64,000 bases of DNA from Eledone cirrhosa (lineage: Eukaryota), in NCBI GenBank assembly GCA_964016885.1, contig OZ024740.1, positions 9,672,001-9,736,000 of the forward strand, in the 5' to 3' direction. Under the pieces are notes generated by a model. The model had not been told where the DNA came from. It ran no database searches and saw only the letters and a list, made by a program, of their open reading frames with translations. A program made the position numbers and the translations under genes. This document shows positions 22,001 through 36,300 of the stretch, one piece after another (position 1 is the first letter of the stretch; the number at the start of each line of letters is the position of its first letter).

Positions 22001-25000
22001 GTTTAGGCTTGTCACCAGACTGAGAGAGAGGTGCTGATGGTAGTCGTCTAGTTGATGTGACCACTGGTCATCTGGTTAAGGTTTGTCACCAGACTGAGAG
22101 AGGGGTGCTGGCAGTAGTCTTGGGGTTGATGTGACCATTGGTCATCTGGTTTAGGTTTGTCACCAGACAGAGAAAGGGGTGCTGGTGGTAGTCTTGTGGT
22201 TGATGTGACCACTGGTCATCTGGTTTAGGTTTGTCACCAGACAGAGAAAGGGGTGCTGGTGGTAGTCTTGTGGTTGATGTGACCACTGGTCATCTGGTTT
22301 AGGTTTGTCACCAGACAGTGAAAGGGGTGCTGGTGGTAGTATTGTGGTTGATGTGACCACTGGTCATCTGGTTTAGGTTTGTCACCAGACAGAGAAAGGG
22401 GTGCTGGTGATAGTCCTGTGGTTGATGTGACCACTGGTCATCTGGTTTAGGTTTGTCACCAGACTGAGAGAGAGGTGCTAGTGGTAGTCTTGCGGTTGAT
22501 GTGACCTCTGGTCATCTGGTTTAGGTTTGTCACCAGACTGAGAGAGATGTGCTAGTGGTAGTCTTGTGGTTGATGTGACCACTGGTCATCTGGTTTAGGT
22601 TTGTCACCAGACATAGAAAGGGGTGCTGGTGGTAGTCTTGTGGTTGATGTGACCACTGGTCATCTAGTCTAGCCTTGTCACCAGACTGAGAAAGGGGTGC
22701 TGGTGGTAGTCTTGTGGTTGATGTGACCTCTGGTCATCTGGTTTAGGTTTGTCACCAGACTGAGAGAGAGGTGCTAGTGGTAGTCTTGTGGTTGATGTGA
22801 CCACTGGTCATCTGGTTTAGGTTTTTCACCGGACTGAGAGTGGGGTGCTGGTGATAGTCTTGTGGTTGATGTGACCACTGGTCATCTGGTTTAGGCTTGT
22901 CACCAGACTGAGAGAGGGGTGCTGGTGGTAGTCTTGTGGTTGATGTGACCACTGGTCATCTGGTTTTAGTTTTGTCACCAGACTGAGAGAGGGGTGCTGG
23001 TGGTAGTCTTGTGGTTGATGTGACCACTGGTCATCTGGTTTAGGTTTGTCACCAGAGTGAGAGTAGGGTGCTGGTGGTAGTCTTGTGGTTGATGTGACCA
23101 CTGGTCATCTGGTTTAGGTTTTTCACCGGACTGAGAGAGGGGTGCTGGTGGTAGTCTTGTGGTTGATGTGACCACTGGTCATCTGGTTTAGGTTTGTCAC
23201 CAGACAGAGAAAGGGGTGCTGGAGGTAATCTTGTGGTTGGTGTGACCACTGGTCATCTGGTTTAGGTTTGTCACCAGACAGAGAAAGGGGTGCTTGTGGT
23301 AGTATTGTGGTTGATGTGACCACTGGTTATCTGGTTTAGGTTTGTCACCAGACAGTGAAAGGGGTGCTGGTGGTAGTCTTGTGGTTGATGTGACCACTGG
23401 TCATCTGGTTCAGGTTTGTCACCAGACTGAGAAAGGGGTGCTGGTGGTAGTCTTGTGTTTGATGTGACCACTGTTCATCTGGTTTAGGTTTGTCACCAGA
23501 CAGAGAAGGGGTGCTGGTGATAATCTTGTGGTTGATGTGACCACTGGTCATCTGGTTTAGGCTTATCACCAGACTGAGAGAGGGGTGCTGGTGGTAGTCT
23601 TGTGGTTGATGTGACCACTGGTCATCTGGTTTAGGCTTGTCACCAGACTGAGAGAGGTGTGCTGGTGGTAGTCTTGTGGTTGATGTGACCACTGGTCATC
23701 TGGTTTAGGCTTGTCACCAGACTGAGAGAGGGGTGCTGGTGGTAGTCTTGTGGTTGATGTGACCATTGGTCATCTGGTTTAGGCTTGTCACCATACTGAG
23801 AGAGGGGTGCTGGTGGGTGTCTTTTGGTTGATGTGACCACTGGTCATCTGGTTTAGGTTTTTCACCAGACTGAGAGTAGGGTGCTGGTGGTAGTCTTGTG
23901 GTTGATGTGACCACTGGTCATCTAGTCTAGGTTTGTCACCAGACTGAGAGAGAGGTGCTGGTGGTAGTCTTGTGGTTGATATTACCACTGGTCATCTGGT
24001 TTAGGCTTGTCACCAGACTGAGAGAGGGGTGCTGGTGGTAGTCTTGTGGTCGATGTGACCACTGGTCATCTGGTTTAGGTTTGTCACCAGACAGAGAAAG
24101 GGGTGCTGGTGGTAGTCTTGTGGTTGATGTGACCACTGGTCATCTGGTTTAGGTTTGTCACCAGACAGAGAAAGGGGTGCTGGTGGTAGTCTTGTGGTTG
24201 ATGTGACCACTGGTCATCTGGTTTAGGTTTGTCACCAGACAGTGAAAGGGGTGCTGGTGGTAGTATTGTGGTTGATGTGACCACTGGTCATCTGGTTTAG
24301 GTTTGTCACCAGACAGAGAAAGGGGTGCTGGTGATAGTCCTGTGGTTGATGTGACCACTGGTCATCTGGTTTAGGTTTGTCACCAGACTGAGAGAGAGGT
24401 GCTAGTGGTAGTCTTGCGGTTGATGTGACCTCTGGTCATCTGGTTTAGGTTTGTCACCAGACTGAGAGAGATGTGCTAGTGGTAGTCTTGTGGTTGATGT
24501 GACCACTGGTCATCTGGTTTAGGTTTGTCACCAGACATAGAAAGGGGTGCTGGTGGTAGTCTTGTGGTTGATGTGACCACTGGTCATCTAGTCTAGCCTT
24601 GTCACCAGACTGAGAAAGGGGTGCTGGTGGTAGTCTTGTGGTTGATGTGACCTCTGGTCATCTGGTTTAGATTTGTCACCAGACTGAGAGAGGGGTGCTG
24701 GTGGTAGTCTTGTGGTTGATGTGACCACTGGTCATCTGGTTTAGGTTTGTCACCAGACTGAGAGAGAGAGAGGGGTGCTGGTGGTAGTCTTGTGGTTGAT
24801 GTGACCTCTGGTCATCTGGTTTAGGCTTGTCACCAGACTGAGAGAGAGGTGCTGGAGGTAGTCGTGTGGTTGATGTGACCACTGGTCATCTGGTTTAGGC
24901 TTGTCACCAGACTGAGAGAGGAGTGCTGGGAGTAGTCTGGTGGTTGATGTGACCACTGGTCATCTGATTTAGGCTTGTCACCAGACTGAGAGAGGAGTGC

Positions 25001-28000
25001 TGGGAGTAGTCTGGTGGTTGATGTGACCACTGGTCATCTGGTCTAGGCTTGTCACCAGACTGAGAGAGAGGTGCTGGTGGTAGTCTTGTGGTTGATGTGA
25101 CCACTGGTCATCTGGTTTAAGCTTGTCACCAGACTGAGAGTGGGGTGCTGGTGGTAGTCTTGTGGTTGATGTGACCACTGGTCATCTGGTTTAGGCTTGT
25201 CACCAGACTGAGAGAGGGGTGCTGGTGGTAGTCTTGTGGTTGATGTGACCACTGGTCATCTGGTTTAGGCTTGTCACCAGACTGAGAGAGGGGTGCTGGT
25301 GGTAGTCTTGTGGTTGATGTGACCACTGGTCATCTGGTTTAGGCTTGTCACCAGACTGAGAGAGGGGTGCTGGTGGTAGTCGTGTGGTTGATGTGACCAC
25401 TGGTCATCTGGTTTAGTCTTGTCACCAGACTGAGAGAGAGGTGCTGGTGGTAGTCTTGCGGTTGATGTGACCACTGGTCATCTGGTTTAGGCTTGTCACC
25501 AGACTGAGAGAGAGGTATTTGTGGTAGTCTTGTGGTTGATGTGACCACTGGTCATCTGGTTTAGGCTTGTCACCAGACTGAGAGAGAGGTGCTGGTGGTA
25601 GTCGTGTGGTTGATGTGACCACTGGTCATCTGGTTTAGGCTTGTCACCAGACTGAGAGAGGGGTGCTGGTGATAGTCTTGTGGTTGATGTGACCACTGGT
25701 CATCTGGTTTAGGCTTGTCACCAGACTGAGAGAGAGGTGCTGGTGGTAGTCGTGTGGTTGATGTGACTACTGGTCATCTAGTCTAGGTTTGTCACCAGAC
25801 TGAGAGAGAGGTGCTGGTGGTAGTCGTGTGGTTGATGTGATCTCTGGTCATCTGGTTTAGGCTTGTCACCAGACTGAGAGAGGGGTGCTGGTGGTAGTCT
25901 TGCGGTTGATGTGACCACTGGTCATCTAGTCTAGGTTTGTCACCAGACTGAGAGAGAGGTGCTGGTGGTAGTCTTGCGGTTGATGTGACCACTGGTCATC
26001 TGGTTTAGGTATGTTTACCAGACTGAGAGAGGGGTGCTGGTTGTAGTCTTGTGGTTGATGTGACCACTGGTCATCTGGTTTAGGTTTGTCACCATACTGA
26101 GAGAGGGGTGCTTGTGGTAGTCTTGTGGTTGATGTGACCACTGGTCATCTGGTTTAGGTTTGTCACCATACTGAGAGAGGGGTGCTGGTGGTAGTCTTGT
26201 GGTTGATGTGACCACTGGTCAACTGGTTTAGGTTTGTCACCAGACTGAGAAAGGGGTGCTGGTGATAGTCTTGTGGTTGATGTGACCACTGGTCATCTGG
26301 TTTAGGTTTGTCACCAGACTGAGAAAGGGGTGCTGGTGGTAGTCTTGTGGTTGACGTGACCACTGGTCATCTGGTTTAGGCTTGTCACCAGACTGAGAGA
26401 GAAGTGCTGGTGGTAGTCTTGTGGTTGATGTGACCACTGGTCATCTGGTTTAGGCTTGTCACCAGACTGAGAGAGAGGTGCTGGTGGTAGTCTTGTGGTT
26501 GATGTGACCACTGGTCATCTGGTTTAGGCTTGTCACCAGAGTGAGAAAGGGGTGCTGGTGGTAGTCTTGTGGTTGATGTGACCACTGGTCATCTGGTTTA
26601 AGCTTGTCACCAGACTGAGAGAGGGGTGCTGGTGGTAGTCTTTTGGTTGATGTGACCACTGGTCATCTGGTCTAGGCTTGTCACCAGACTGAGAGAGAGG
26701 TGCTGGTGGTAGTCTTGTGGTTGATGTGACCACTGGTCATCTGGTTTAGGCTTGTCACCAGACTGAGAGAGAAGTGCTGGTGGTAGTCTTGTGGTTGATG
26801 TGACCACTGGTCATCTGGTTTAGGCTTGTCACCAGACTGAGAGAGAGGTGCTGGTGGTAGTCTTGTGGTTGATGTGACCACTGGTCATATGGTCTAGGCT
26901 TGTCACCTGACTGAGAAAGGGATGCTGGTGGTAGTCTTGTGGTTGATGTGACCACTGGTCATCTAGTATAGGTTTGTCACCAAACTGAGAGAGAGGTGCT
27001 GGTGGTAGTCGTGTGGTTGATGTGACCACTGGTCATCTGGTTTAGGTTTGTCACCATACTGAGAGAGGGGTGCTGGTGGTAGTCGTGTGGTTGATGTAAC
27101 CACTGGTCATCTGGTTTAGGTTTTTCACCGGATTGAGAGTGGGGTGCTGGTGATAGTCTTGTGGTTGATGTGACCACTGGTCATCTGCTTTAGGCTTGTC
27201 ACCAGACTGAGAGAGGGGTGCTGGTGGTAGTCTTGTGGTTGATGTGACCACTGGTCATCTGGTTTTAGTTTTGTCACCAGACTGAGAGAGGGGTGCTGGT
27301 GGTAGTCTTGTGGTTGATGTGACCTCTGGTCATCTGGTTTAGGCTTGTCACAAGACTGACTGAGATGTGCTGGTGGTAGTCTTGTGGTTGATGTGACCAC
27401 TGGTCATCTGGTTTAGGTTTTTCACCAAACTGAGAGTGGGGTGCTGGTGATAGTCTTGTTGTGGATGTGACCACTGGTCATCAGGTTTAGGTTTTTCACC
27501 AGGCTGAGAGTGGGGTGATGGTGATAGTCTTGTGGTTGATGTGACCACTGGTCATCTGGTTTAGGCTTGTCACCAGACTGAGAGAGGGGTGCTGGTGGTA
27601 GTCTTGTGGTTGATGTGACCACTGGTCATCTGGTTTAGGCTTGTCACCAGACTGAGAGATGGGTGCTGGTGGTTGTCTTGTGGTTGATGTGACCACTGGT
27701 CATCAGGTTTAGGTTTTTCACCAGGCTGAGAGTGGGGTGATGGTGATAGTCTTGTGGTTGATGTGACCACTGGTCATCTGGTTTAGGCTTGTCACCAGAC
27801 TAAAGAGAGGGGTGCTGGTGGTAGTCTTGTGGTTGATGTGACCACTGGTCATCTGGTTTAGGCTTGTCACCAGACTAAAGAGAGGGGTGCTGGTGGTAGT
27901 CTTGTGGTTGATGTGACCACTGGTCATCTGGTTTAGGTTTGTCACCAGACTGAGAAAGGGGTGCTGGTGGTAGTCTTGTGGTTGATGGTACCACTGGTCA

Positions 28001-30739
28001 TCTGGTTTAGGCTTGTCGCCAGACTGAGAGAGGGGTGCTGGTGGTAGTCTTGTGGTTGATGTGACCACTGGTCATCTGGTCTAGGTTTGTCACCAGACTG
28101 AGAGAGAGGTGCTGGTGGTAGTCTTGTGGTTGATGTGACCACTGGTCGTCTGGTTTAGGTTTTTCACCAGACTGAGAAAGGGGTGCTGGTGATAGTCTTG
28201 TGGTTGATGTGACCACTGGTCATCTGGTTTAGGCTTGTCACCAGACTGAGAGAGGGGTGCTGGTGGTAGTGTTGTGGTTGATGTGACCACTGGTCATCTG
28301 GTTTTAGTTTTGTCTCCAGACTGAGAGAGGGGTGCTGGTGGTAGTCTTGTGGTTGATGTGACCACTGGTCATCTGGTTTAGGCTTGTCACCAGACTGAGA
28401 GAGGGGTGCTGGTGGTAGTCTTGTGGTTGATGTGACCACTGGTCATCTAGTTTAGGCTTGTCACCAGACTGAGAGAGGTGTGCTGGTGGTAGTCTTGTGG
28501 TTGATGTGACCACTGGTCATCTGGTTTTGGCTTGTCACCATACTGAGAGAGGGGTGCTGGTGGGTGTCTTGTGGTTGATGTGACCACTGGTCATCTGGTT
28601 TAGGTTTTTCACCAGACTGAGAGTAGGGTGCTGGTGGTAGTCTTGTGGTTGATGTGACCACTGGTCATCTAGTCTAGGTTTGTCACCAGACTGAGAGAGA
28701 GGTGCTGGTGGTAGTCTTGTGGTTGATGTGACCACTGGTCATCTGGTTTAGGCTTGTCACCAGACTGAGAGAGGGGTGCTGGTGGTAGTCTTGTGGTCGA
28801 TGTGACCACTGGTCATCTGGTCTAGGTTTGTCACCAGACTGAGAGAGAGGTGCTGGTGGTAGTCTTGTGGTTGATGTGACCACTGCTCATCTGGTTTAGG
28901 TTTTTCACCAGACTGAGAAAGGGGTGCTGGTGGTAGTCTTGTGGTTGATGTGACCACTGGTCATCTGGTTTAGGTTTTTCACCGGACTGAGAGAGGTGTG
29001 CTGGTGGTAGCCTTGTGGTTGATTTGACCACTGGTCATCTGGTTTAGGCTTGTCACCAGACTGAGAGAGAGGTGCTGATGGTAGTCGTCTAGTTGATGTG
29101 ACCACTGGTCATCTGGTTAAGGTTTGTCACCAGACTGAGAGAGGGGTGCTGGCAGTAGTCTTGGGGTTGATGTGACCATTGGTCATCTGGTTTAGGTTTG
29201 TCACCAGACTGAGAAAGGGGTTCTGGTGGTAGTCTTGTGGTTGATCTGACCTCAGGTCATCTGGCTTAGGTTTGTCACCACACTGAGAAAGGGGTGCTGA
29301 CGGTAGTCTTGTGGTTGATGTGACCTCTGGTCCTCTGGTTTAGGTTTGTCACCAGACTGAGAAAGGGGTGCTGGTGGTAGTCTTGTGGTTGATGTGACCA
29401 CTGGTCATCTGGTTTAGGTTTGTCACCAGACAGAGAAAGGGGTGCTGGTGGTAGTCTTGTGGTTGATGTGACCACTGGTCATCTGGTTTAGGTTTGTCAC
29501 CAGACAGAGAAAGGGGTGCTGGTGGTAGTCTTGTGGTTGATGTGACCACTGGTCATCTGGTTTAGGTTTGTCACCAGACAGAGAAAGGGGTGCTGGTGGT
29601 AGTCTTGTGGTTGATGTGACCACTGGTCATCTGGTTTAGGTTTGTCACCAGACAGTGAAAGGGGTGCTGGTGGTAGTATTGTGGTTGATGTGACCACTGG
29701 TCATCTGGTTTAGGTTTGTCACCAGACAGAGGAAGGGGTGCTGGTGATAGTCCTGTGGTTGATGTGACCACTGGTCATCTGGTTTAGGTTTGTCACCAGA
29801 CTGAGAGAGAGGTGCTAGTGGTAGTCTTGCGGTTGATGTGACCTCTGGTCATCTGGTTTAGGTTTGTCACCAGACTGAGAGAGATGTGCTAGTGGTAGTC
29901 TTGTGGTTGATGTGACCACTGGTCATCTGGTTTAGGTTTGTCACCAGACATAGAAAGGGGTGCTGGTGGTAGTCTTGTGGTTGATGTGACCACTGGTCAT
30001 CTAGTCTAGCCTTGTCACCAGACTGAGAAAGGGGTGCTGGTGGTAGTCTTGTGGTTGATGTGACCTCTGGTCATCTGGTTTAGGTTTGTCACCAGACTGA
30101 GAGAGAGGTGCTAGTGGTAGACTTGTGGTTGATGTGACCACTGGTCATCTGGTTTAGGTTTTTCACCGGACTGAGAGTGGGGTGCTGGTGATAGTCTTGT
30201 GGTTGATGTGACCACTGGTCATCTGGTTTAGGTTTTTCACCGGACTGAGAGAGGGGTGCGGGTGGTAGTCTTGTGGTTGATGTGACCACTGGTCATCTGG
30301 TTTAGGTTTGTCACCAGACAGAGAAAGGGGTGCTGGAGGTAATCTTGTGGTTGATGTGACCACTGGTCATCTGGTTTAGGTTTGTCACCAGACAGAGAAA
30401 GGGGTGCTTGTGGTAGTATTGTGGTTGATGTGACCACTGGTCATCTGGTTTAGGTTTGTCACCAGACAGAGAAAGGGGTGCAGGTGGTAGTCTTGTGGTT
30501 GATGTGACCACTGGTTATCTGGTTTAGGTTTGTCACCAGACAGTGAAAGGGGTGCTGGCGGTAGTCTTGTGGTTGATGTGACCACTGGTCATCTGGTTCA
30601 GGTTTGTCACCAGACTGAGAAAGGGGTGCTGGTGGTAGTCTTGTGTTTGATGTGACCACTGTTCATCTGGTTTAGGTTTGTCACCAGACAGAGAAGGGGT
30701 GCTGGTGATAGTCTTGTGGTTGATGTGACCACTGGTCAT

Positions 30740-32800
30740 CTGGTTTAGGCTTGTCACCAGACTGAGAGAGGGGTGCTGGTTGTAGTCTTGTGGTTGATGT
30801 GACCACTGGTCATCTGGTTTAGGCTTGTCACCAGACTGAGAGAGGTGTGCTGGTGGTAGTCTTGTGGTTGATGTGACCACTGGTCATCTGGTTTAGGCTT
30901 GTCACCAGACTGAGAGAGGGGTGCTGGTGGTAGTCTTGTGGTTGATGTGACCACTGGTCATTTGGTTTAGGCTTGTCACCATACTGAGAGAGGGGTGCTG
31001 GTGGGTGTCTTGTGGTTGATGTGACCACTGGTCATCTGGTTTAGGTTTTTCACCAGACTGAGAGTAGGGTGCTGGTGGTAGTCTTGTGGTTGATGTGACC
31101 ACTGGTCATCTAGTCTAGGTTTGTCACCAGACTGAGAGAGAGGTGCTGGTGGTAGTCTTGTGGTTGATGTTACCACTGGTCATCTGGTTTAGGCTTGTCA
31201 CCAGACTGAGAGAGGGGTGCTGGTGGTAGTCTTGTGGTCGATGTGACCACTGGTCATCTGGTTTAGGTTTGTCACCAGACAGAGAAAGGGGTGCTGGTGG
31301 TAGTCTTGTGGTTGATGTGACCACTGGTCATCTGGTTTAGGTTTGTCACCAGACAGAGAAAGGGGTGCTGGTGGTAGTCTTGTGGTTGATGTGACCACTG
31401 GTCATCTGGTTTAGGTTTGTCACCAGACAGTGAAAGGGGTGCTGGTGGTAGTATTGTGGTTGATGTGACCACTGGTCATCTGGTTTAGGTTTGTCACCAG
31501 ACAGAGAAAGGGGTGCTGGTGATAGTCCTGTGGTTGATGTGACCACTGGTCATCTGGTTTAGGTTTGTCACCAGACATAGAAACGGGTGCTGGTGGTAGT
31601 CTTGTGGTTGATGTGACCACTGGTCATCTAGTCTAGCCTTGTCACCAGACTGAGAAAGGGGTGCTGGTGGTAGTCTTGTGGTTGATGTGACCTCTGGTCA
31701 TCTGGTTTAGATTTGTCACCAGACTGAGAGAGGGGTGCTGGTGGTAGTCTTGTGGTTGATGTGACCACTGGTCATCTGGTTTAGGCTTGTCACCAGACTG
31801 AGAGAGGGGTGCTGGTTGTAGTCTTGTGGTTGATGTGACCACTGGTCATCTGGTTTAGGCTTGTCACCAGACTGAGAGAGGTGTGCTGGTGGTAGTCTTG
31901 TGGTTGATGTGACCACTGGTCATCTGGTTTAGGCTTGTCACCAGACTGAGAGAGGGGTGCTGGTGGTAGTCTTGTGGTTGATGTGACCACTGGTCATCTG
32001 GTTTAGGCTTGTCACCATACTGAGAGAGGGGTGCTGGTGGGTGTCTTGTGGTTGATGTGACCACTGGTCATCTGGTTTAGGTTTTTCACCAGACTGAGAG
32101 TAGGGTGCTGGTGGTAGTCTTGTGGTTGATGTGACCACTGGTCATCTAGTCTAGGTTTGTCACCAGACTGAGAGAGAGGTGCTGGTGGTAGTCTTGTGGT
32201 TGATGTTACCACTGGTCATCTGGTTTAGGCTTGTCACCAGACTGAGAGAGGGGTGCTGGTGGTAGTCTTGTGGTCGATGTGACCACTGGTCATCTGGTTT
32301 AGGTTTGTCACCAGACAGAGAAAGGGGTGCTGGTGGTAGTCTTGTGGTTGATGTGACCACTGGTCATCTGGTTTAGGTTTGTCACCAGACAGAGAAAGGG
32401 GTGCTGGTGGTAGTCTTGTGGTTGATGTGACCACTGGTCATCTGGTTTAGGTTTGTCACCAGACAGTGAAAGGGGTGCTGGTGGTAGTATTGTGGTTGAT
32501 GTGACCACTGGTCATCTGGTTTAGGTTTGTCACCAGACAGAGAAAGGGGTGCTGGTGATAGTCTTGTGGTTGATGTGACCACTGGTCATCTGGTTTAGGT
32601 TTGTCACCAGACATAGAAAGGGGTGCTGGTGGTAGTCTTGTGGTTGATGTGACCACTGGTCATCTAGTCTAGCCTTGTCACCAGACTGAGAAAGGGGTGC
32701 TGGTGGTAGTCTTGTGGTTGATGTGACCTCTGGTCATCTGGTTTAGATTTGTCACCAGACTGAGAGAGGGGTGCTGGTGGTAGTCTTGTGGTTGATGTGA
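30740..32800. repeat. 14-monomer (1,036 bp) tandem duplication
   Basis: ORFs 30754/31790, 31124/32160 and 31346/32382 are offset by 1,036. Repeated in copy C (49060/50096). Confidence 0.87.
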
Positions 32801-35039
32801 CCACTGGTCATCTGGTTTAGGTTTGTCACCAGACTGAGAGAGAGAGAGGGGTGCTGGTGGTAGTCTTGTGGTTGATGTGACCTCTGGTCATCTGGTTTAG
32901 GCTTGTCACCAGACTGAGAGAGAGGTGCTGGAGGTAGTCGTGTGGTTGATGTGACCACTGGTCATCTGGTTTAGGCTTGTCACCAGACTGAGAGAGGAGT
33001 GCTGGGAGTAGTCTTGTGGTTGATGTGACAACTGGTCATCTGATTTAGGCTTGTCACCAGACTGAGAGAGGGGTGCTGGTGGTAGTCTTGTGGTTGATGT
33101 GACCACTGGTTATCTGGTTTAGGCTTGTCACCAGACTGAGAGAGGGGTGCTGGTGGTAGTCTTGTGGTTGATGTGACCACTGGTCATCTGGTTTAAGCTT
33201 GTCACCAGACTGAGAGTGGGGTGCTGGTGGTAGTCTTGTGGTTGATGTGACCACTGGTCATCTGGTTTAGGCTTGTCACCAGACTGAGAGAGGGGTGCTG
33301 GTGGTAGTCTTGTGGTTGATGTGACCACTGGTCATCTGGTTTAGGCTTGTCACCAGACTGAGAGAGGGGTGCTGGTGGTAGTCTTGTGGTTGATGTGACC
33401 ACTGGTCATCTGGTTTAGGCTTGTCACCAGACTGAGAGAGGGGTGCTGGTGGTAGTCGTGTGGTTGATGTGACCACTGGTCATCTGGTTTAGGCTTGTCA
33501 CCAGACTGAGAGAGAGGTGCTGGTGGTAGTCTTGCGGTTGATGTGACCACTGGTCATCTGGTTTAGGCTTGTCACCAGACTGAGAGAGGGGTGCTGGTGG
33601 TAGTCTTGTGGTCGATGTGACCACTGGTCATCTGGTTTAGGTTTGTCACCAGACAGAGAAAGGGGTGCTGGTGGTAGTCTTGTGGTTGATGTGACCACTG
33701 GTCATCTGGTTTAGGTTTGTCACCAGACAGAGAAAGGGGTGCTGGTGGTAGTCTTGTGGTTGATGTGACCACTGGTCATCTGGTTTAGGTTTGTCACCAG
33801 ACAGTGAAAGGGGTGCTGGTGGTAGTATTGTGGTTGATGTGACCACTGGTCATCTGGTTTAGGTTTGTCACCAGACAGAGAAAGGGGTGCTGGTGATAGT
33901 CCTGTGGTTGATGTGACCACTGGTCATCTGGTTTAGGTTTGTCACCAGACATAGAAACGGGTGCTGGTGGTAGTCTTGTGGTTGATGTGACCACTGGTCA
34001 TCTAGTCTAGCCTTGTCACCAGACTGAGAAAGGGGTGCTGGTGGTAGTCTTGTGGTTGATGTGACCTCTGGTCATCTGGTTTAGATTTGTCACCAGACTG
34101 AGAGAGGGGTGCTGGTGGTAGTCTTGTGGTTGATGTGACCACTGGTCATCTGGTTTAGGTTTGTCACCAGACTGAGAGAGAGAGAGGGGTGCTGGTGGTA
34201 GTCTTGTGGTTGATGTGACCACTGGTCATCTGGTTTAGGCTTGTCACCAGACTGAGAGAGAGGTATTGGTGGTAGTCTTGTGGTTGATGTGACCACTGGT
34301 CATCTGGTTTAGGCTTGTCACCAGACTGAGAGAGAGGTATTGGTGGTAGTCGTGTGGTTGATGTGACCACTGGTCATCTGGTTTAGGCTTGTCACCAGAC
34401 TGAGAGAGAGGTGCTGGTGGTAGTCGTGTGGTTGATGTGACCACTGGTCATCTGGTTTAGGCTTGTCACCAGACTGAGAGAGGGGTGCTGGTGATAGTCT
34501 TGTGGTTGATGTGACCACTGGTCATCTGGTTTAGGCTTGTCACCAGACTGAGAGAGAGGTGCTGGTGGTAGTCTTGTGGTTGATGTGACCACTGATCATC
34601 TGGTTTAGGCTTGTCACCAGACTGAGAGAGGGGTGCTGGTGGTAGTCGTGTGGTTGATGTGACTACTGGTCATCTAGTCTAGGTTTGTCACCAGACTGAG
34701 AGAGAGGTGCTGGTGGTAGTCGTGTGGTTGATGTGACTACTGGTCATCTAGTCTAGGTTTGTCACCAGACTGAGAGAGAGGTGCTGGTGGTAGTCGTGTG
34801 GTTGATGTGATCTCTGGTCATCTGGTTTAGGCTTGTCACCAGACTGAGAGAGGGGTGCTGGTGGTAGTCTTGCGGTTGATGTGACCACTGGTCATCTAGT
34901 CTAGGTTTGTAACCAGACTGAGAGAGAGGTGCTGGTGGTAGTCTTGTGGTTGATGTGACCACTGGTCATCTGGTTTAGGCTTGTCACCAGACTGAGAGAG
35001 AAGTGCTGGTGGTAGTCTTGTGGTTGATGTGACCACTGG

Positions 35040-36080
35040 TCATCTGGTTTAGGTATGTTTACCAGACTGAGAGAGGGGTGCTGGTTGTAGTCTTGTGGTT
35101 GATGTGACCACTGGTCATCTGGTTTAGGTTTGTCACCATACTGAGAGAGGGGTGCTTGTGGTAGTCTTGTGGTTGATGTGACCACTGGTCATCTGGTTTA
35201 GGTTTGTCACCATACTGAGAGAGGGGTGCTGGTGGTAGTCTTGTGGTTGATGTGACCACTGGTCAACTGGTTTAGGTTTGTCACCAGACTGAGAAAGGGG
35301 TGCTGGTGATAGTCTTGTGGTTGATGTGACCACTGGTCATCTGGTTTAGGTTTGTCACCAGACTGAGAAAGGGGTGCTGGTGGTAGTCTTGTGGTTGACG
35401 TGACCACTGGTCATCTGGTTTAGGCTTGTCACCAGACTGAGAGAGAAGTGCTGGTGGTAGTCTTGTGGTTGATGTGACCACTGGTCATCTGGTTTAGGCT
35501 TGTCACCAGACTGAGAGAGAGGTGCTGGTGGTAGTCTTGTGGTTGATGTGACCACTGGTCATCTGGTTTAGGTATGTTTACCAGACTGAGAGAGGGGTGC
35601 TGGTTGTAGTCTTGTGGTTGATGTGACCACTGGTCATCTGGTTTAGGTTTGTCACCATACTGAGAGAGGGGTGCTTGTGGTAGTCTTGTGGTTGATGTGA
35701 CCACTGGTATTCTGGTTTAGGTTTGTCACCATACTGAGAGAGGGGTGCTGGTGGTAGTCTTGTGGTTGATGTGACCACTGGTCAACTGGTTTAGGTTTGT
35801 CACCAGACTGAGAAAGGGGTGCTGGTGATAGTCTTGTGGTTGATGTGACCACTGGTCATCTGGTTTAGGTTTGTCACCAGACTGAGAAAGGGGTGCTGGT
35901 GGTAGTCTTGTGGTTGACGTGACCACTGGTCATCTGGTTTAGGCTTGTCACCAGACTGAGAGAGAAGTGCTGGTGGTAGTCTTGTGGTTGATGTGACCAC
36001 TGGTCATCTGGTTTAGGCTTGTCACCAGACTGAGAGAGAGGTGCTGGTGGTAGTCTTGTGGTTGATGTGACCACTGGTCA
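35040..36080. repeat. 7-monomer (519 bp) tandem duplication
   Basis: ORFs 35059/35578 and 35281/35800 are offset by 519. The marker ggtatgtttacc occurs twice. Repeated at 53291/53810. Confidence 0.85.
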
Positions 36081-36300
36081 TCTGGTTTAGGCTTGTCACC
36101 AGAGTGAGAAAGGTGTGCTGGTGGTAGTCTTGTGGTTGATGTGACCACTGGTCATCTGGTTTAAGCTTGTCACCAGACTGAGAAAGGGGTGCTGGTGGTA
36201 GTCTTTTGGTTGATGTGACCACTGGTCATCTGGTCTAGGCTTGTCACCAGACTGAGAGAGAGGTGCTGGTGGTAGTCTTGTGGTTGATGTGACCACTGGT

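Larger units (their letters stand above)
16127..36300. repeat. Super-repeat copy B
   Basis: Shares ordered rare variants with copy A over its first ~13.5 kb and with copy C over ~17.6-36.3 kb. Boundaries are approximate. Confidence 0.85.
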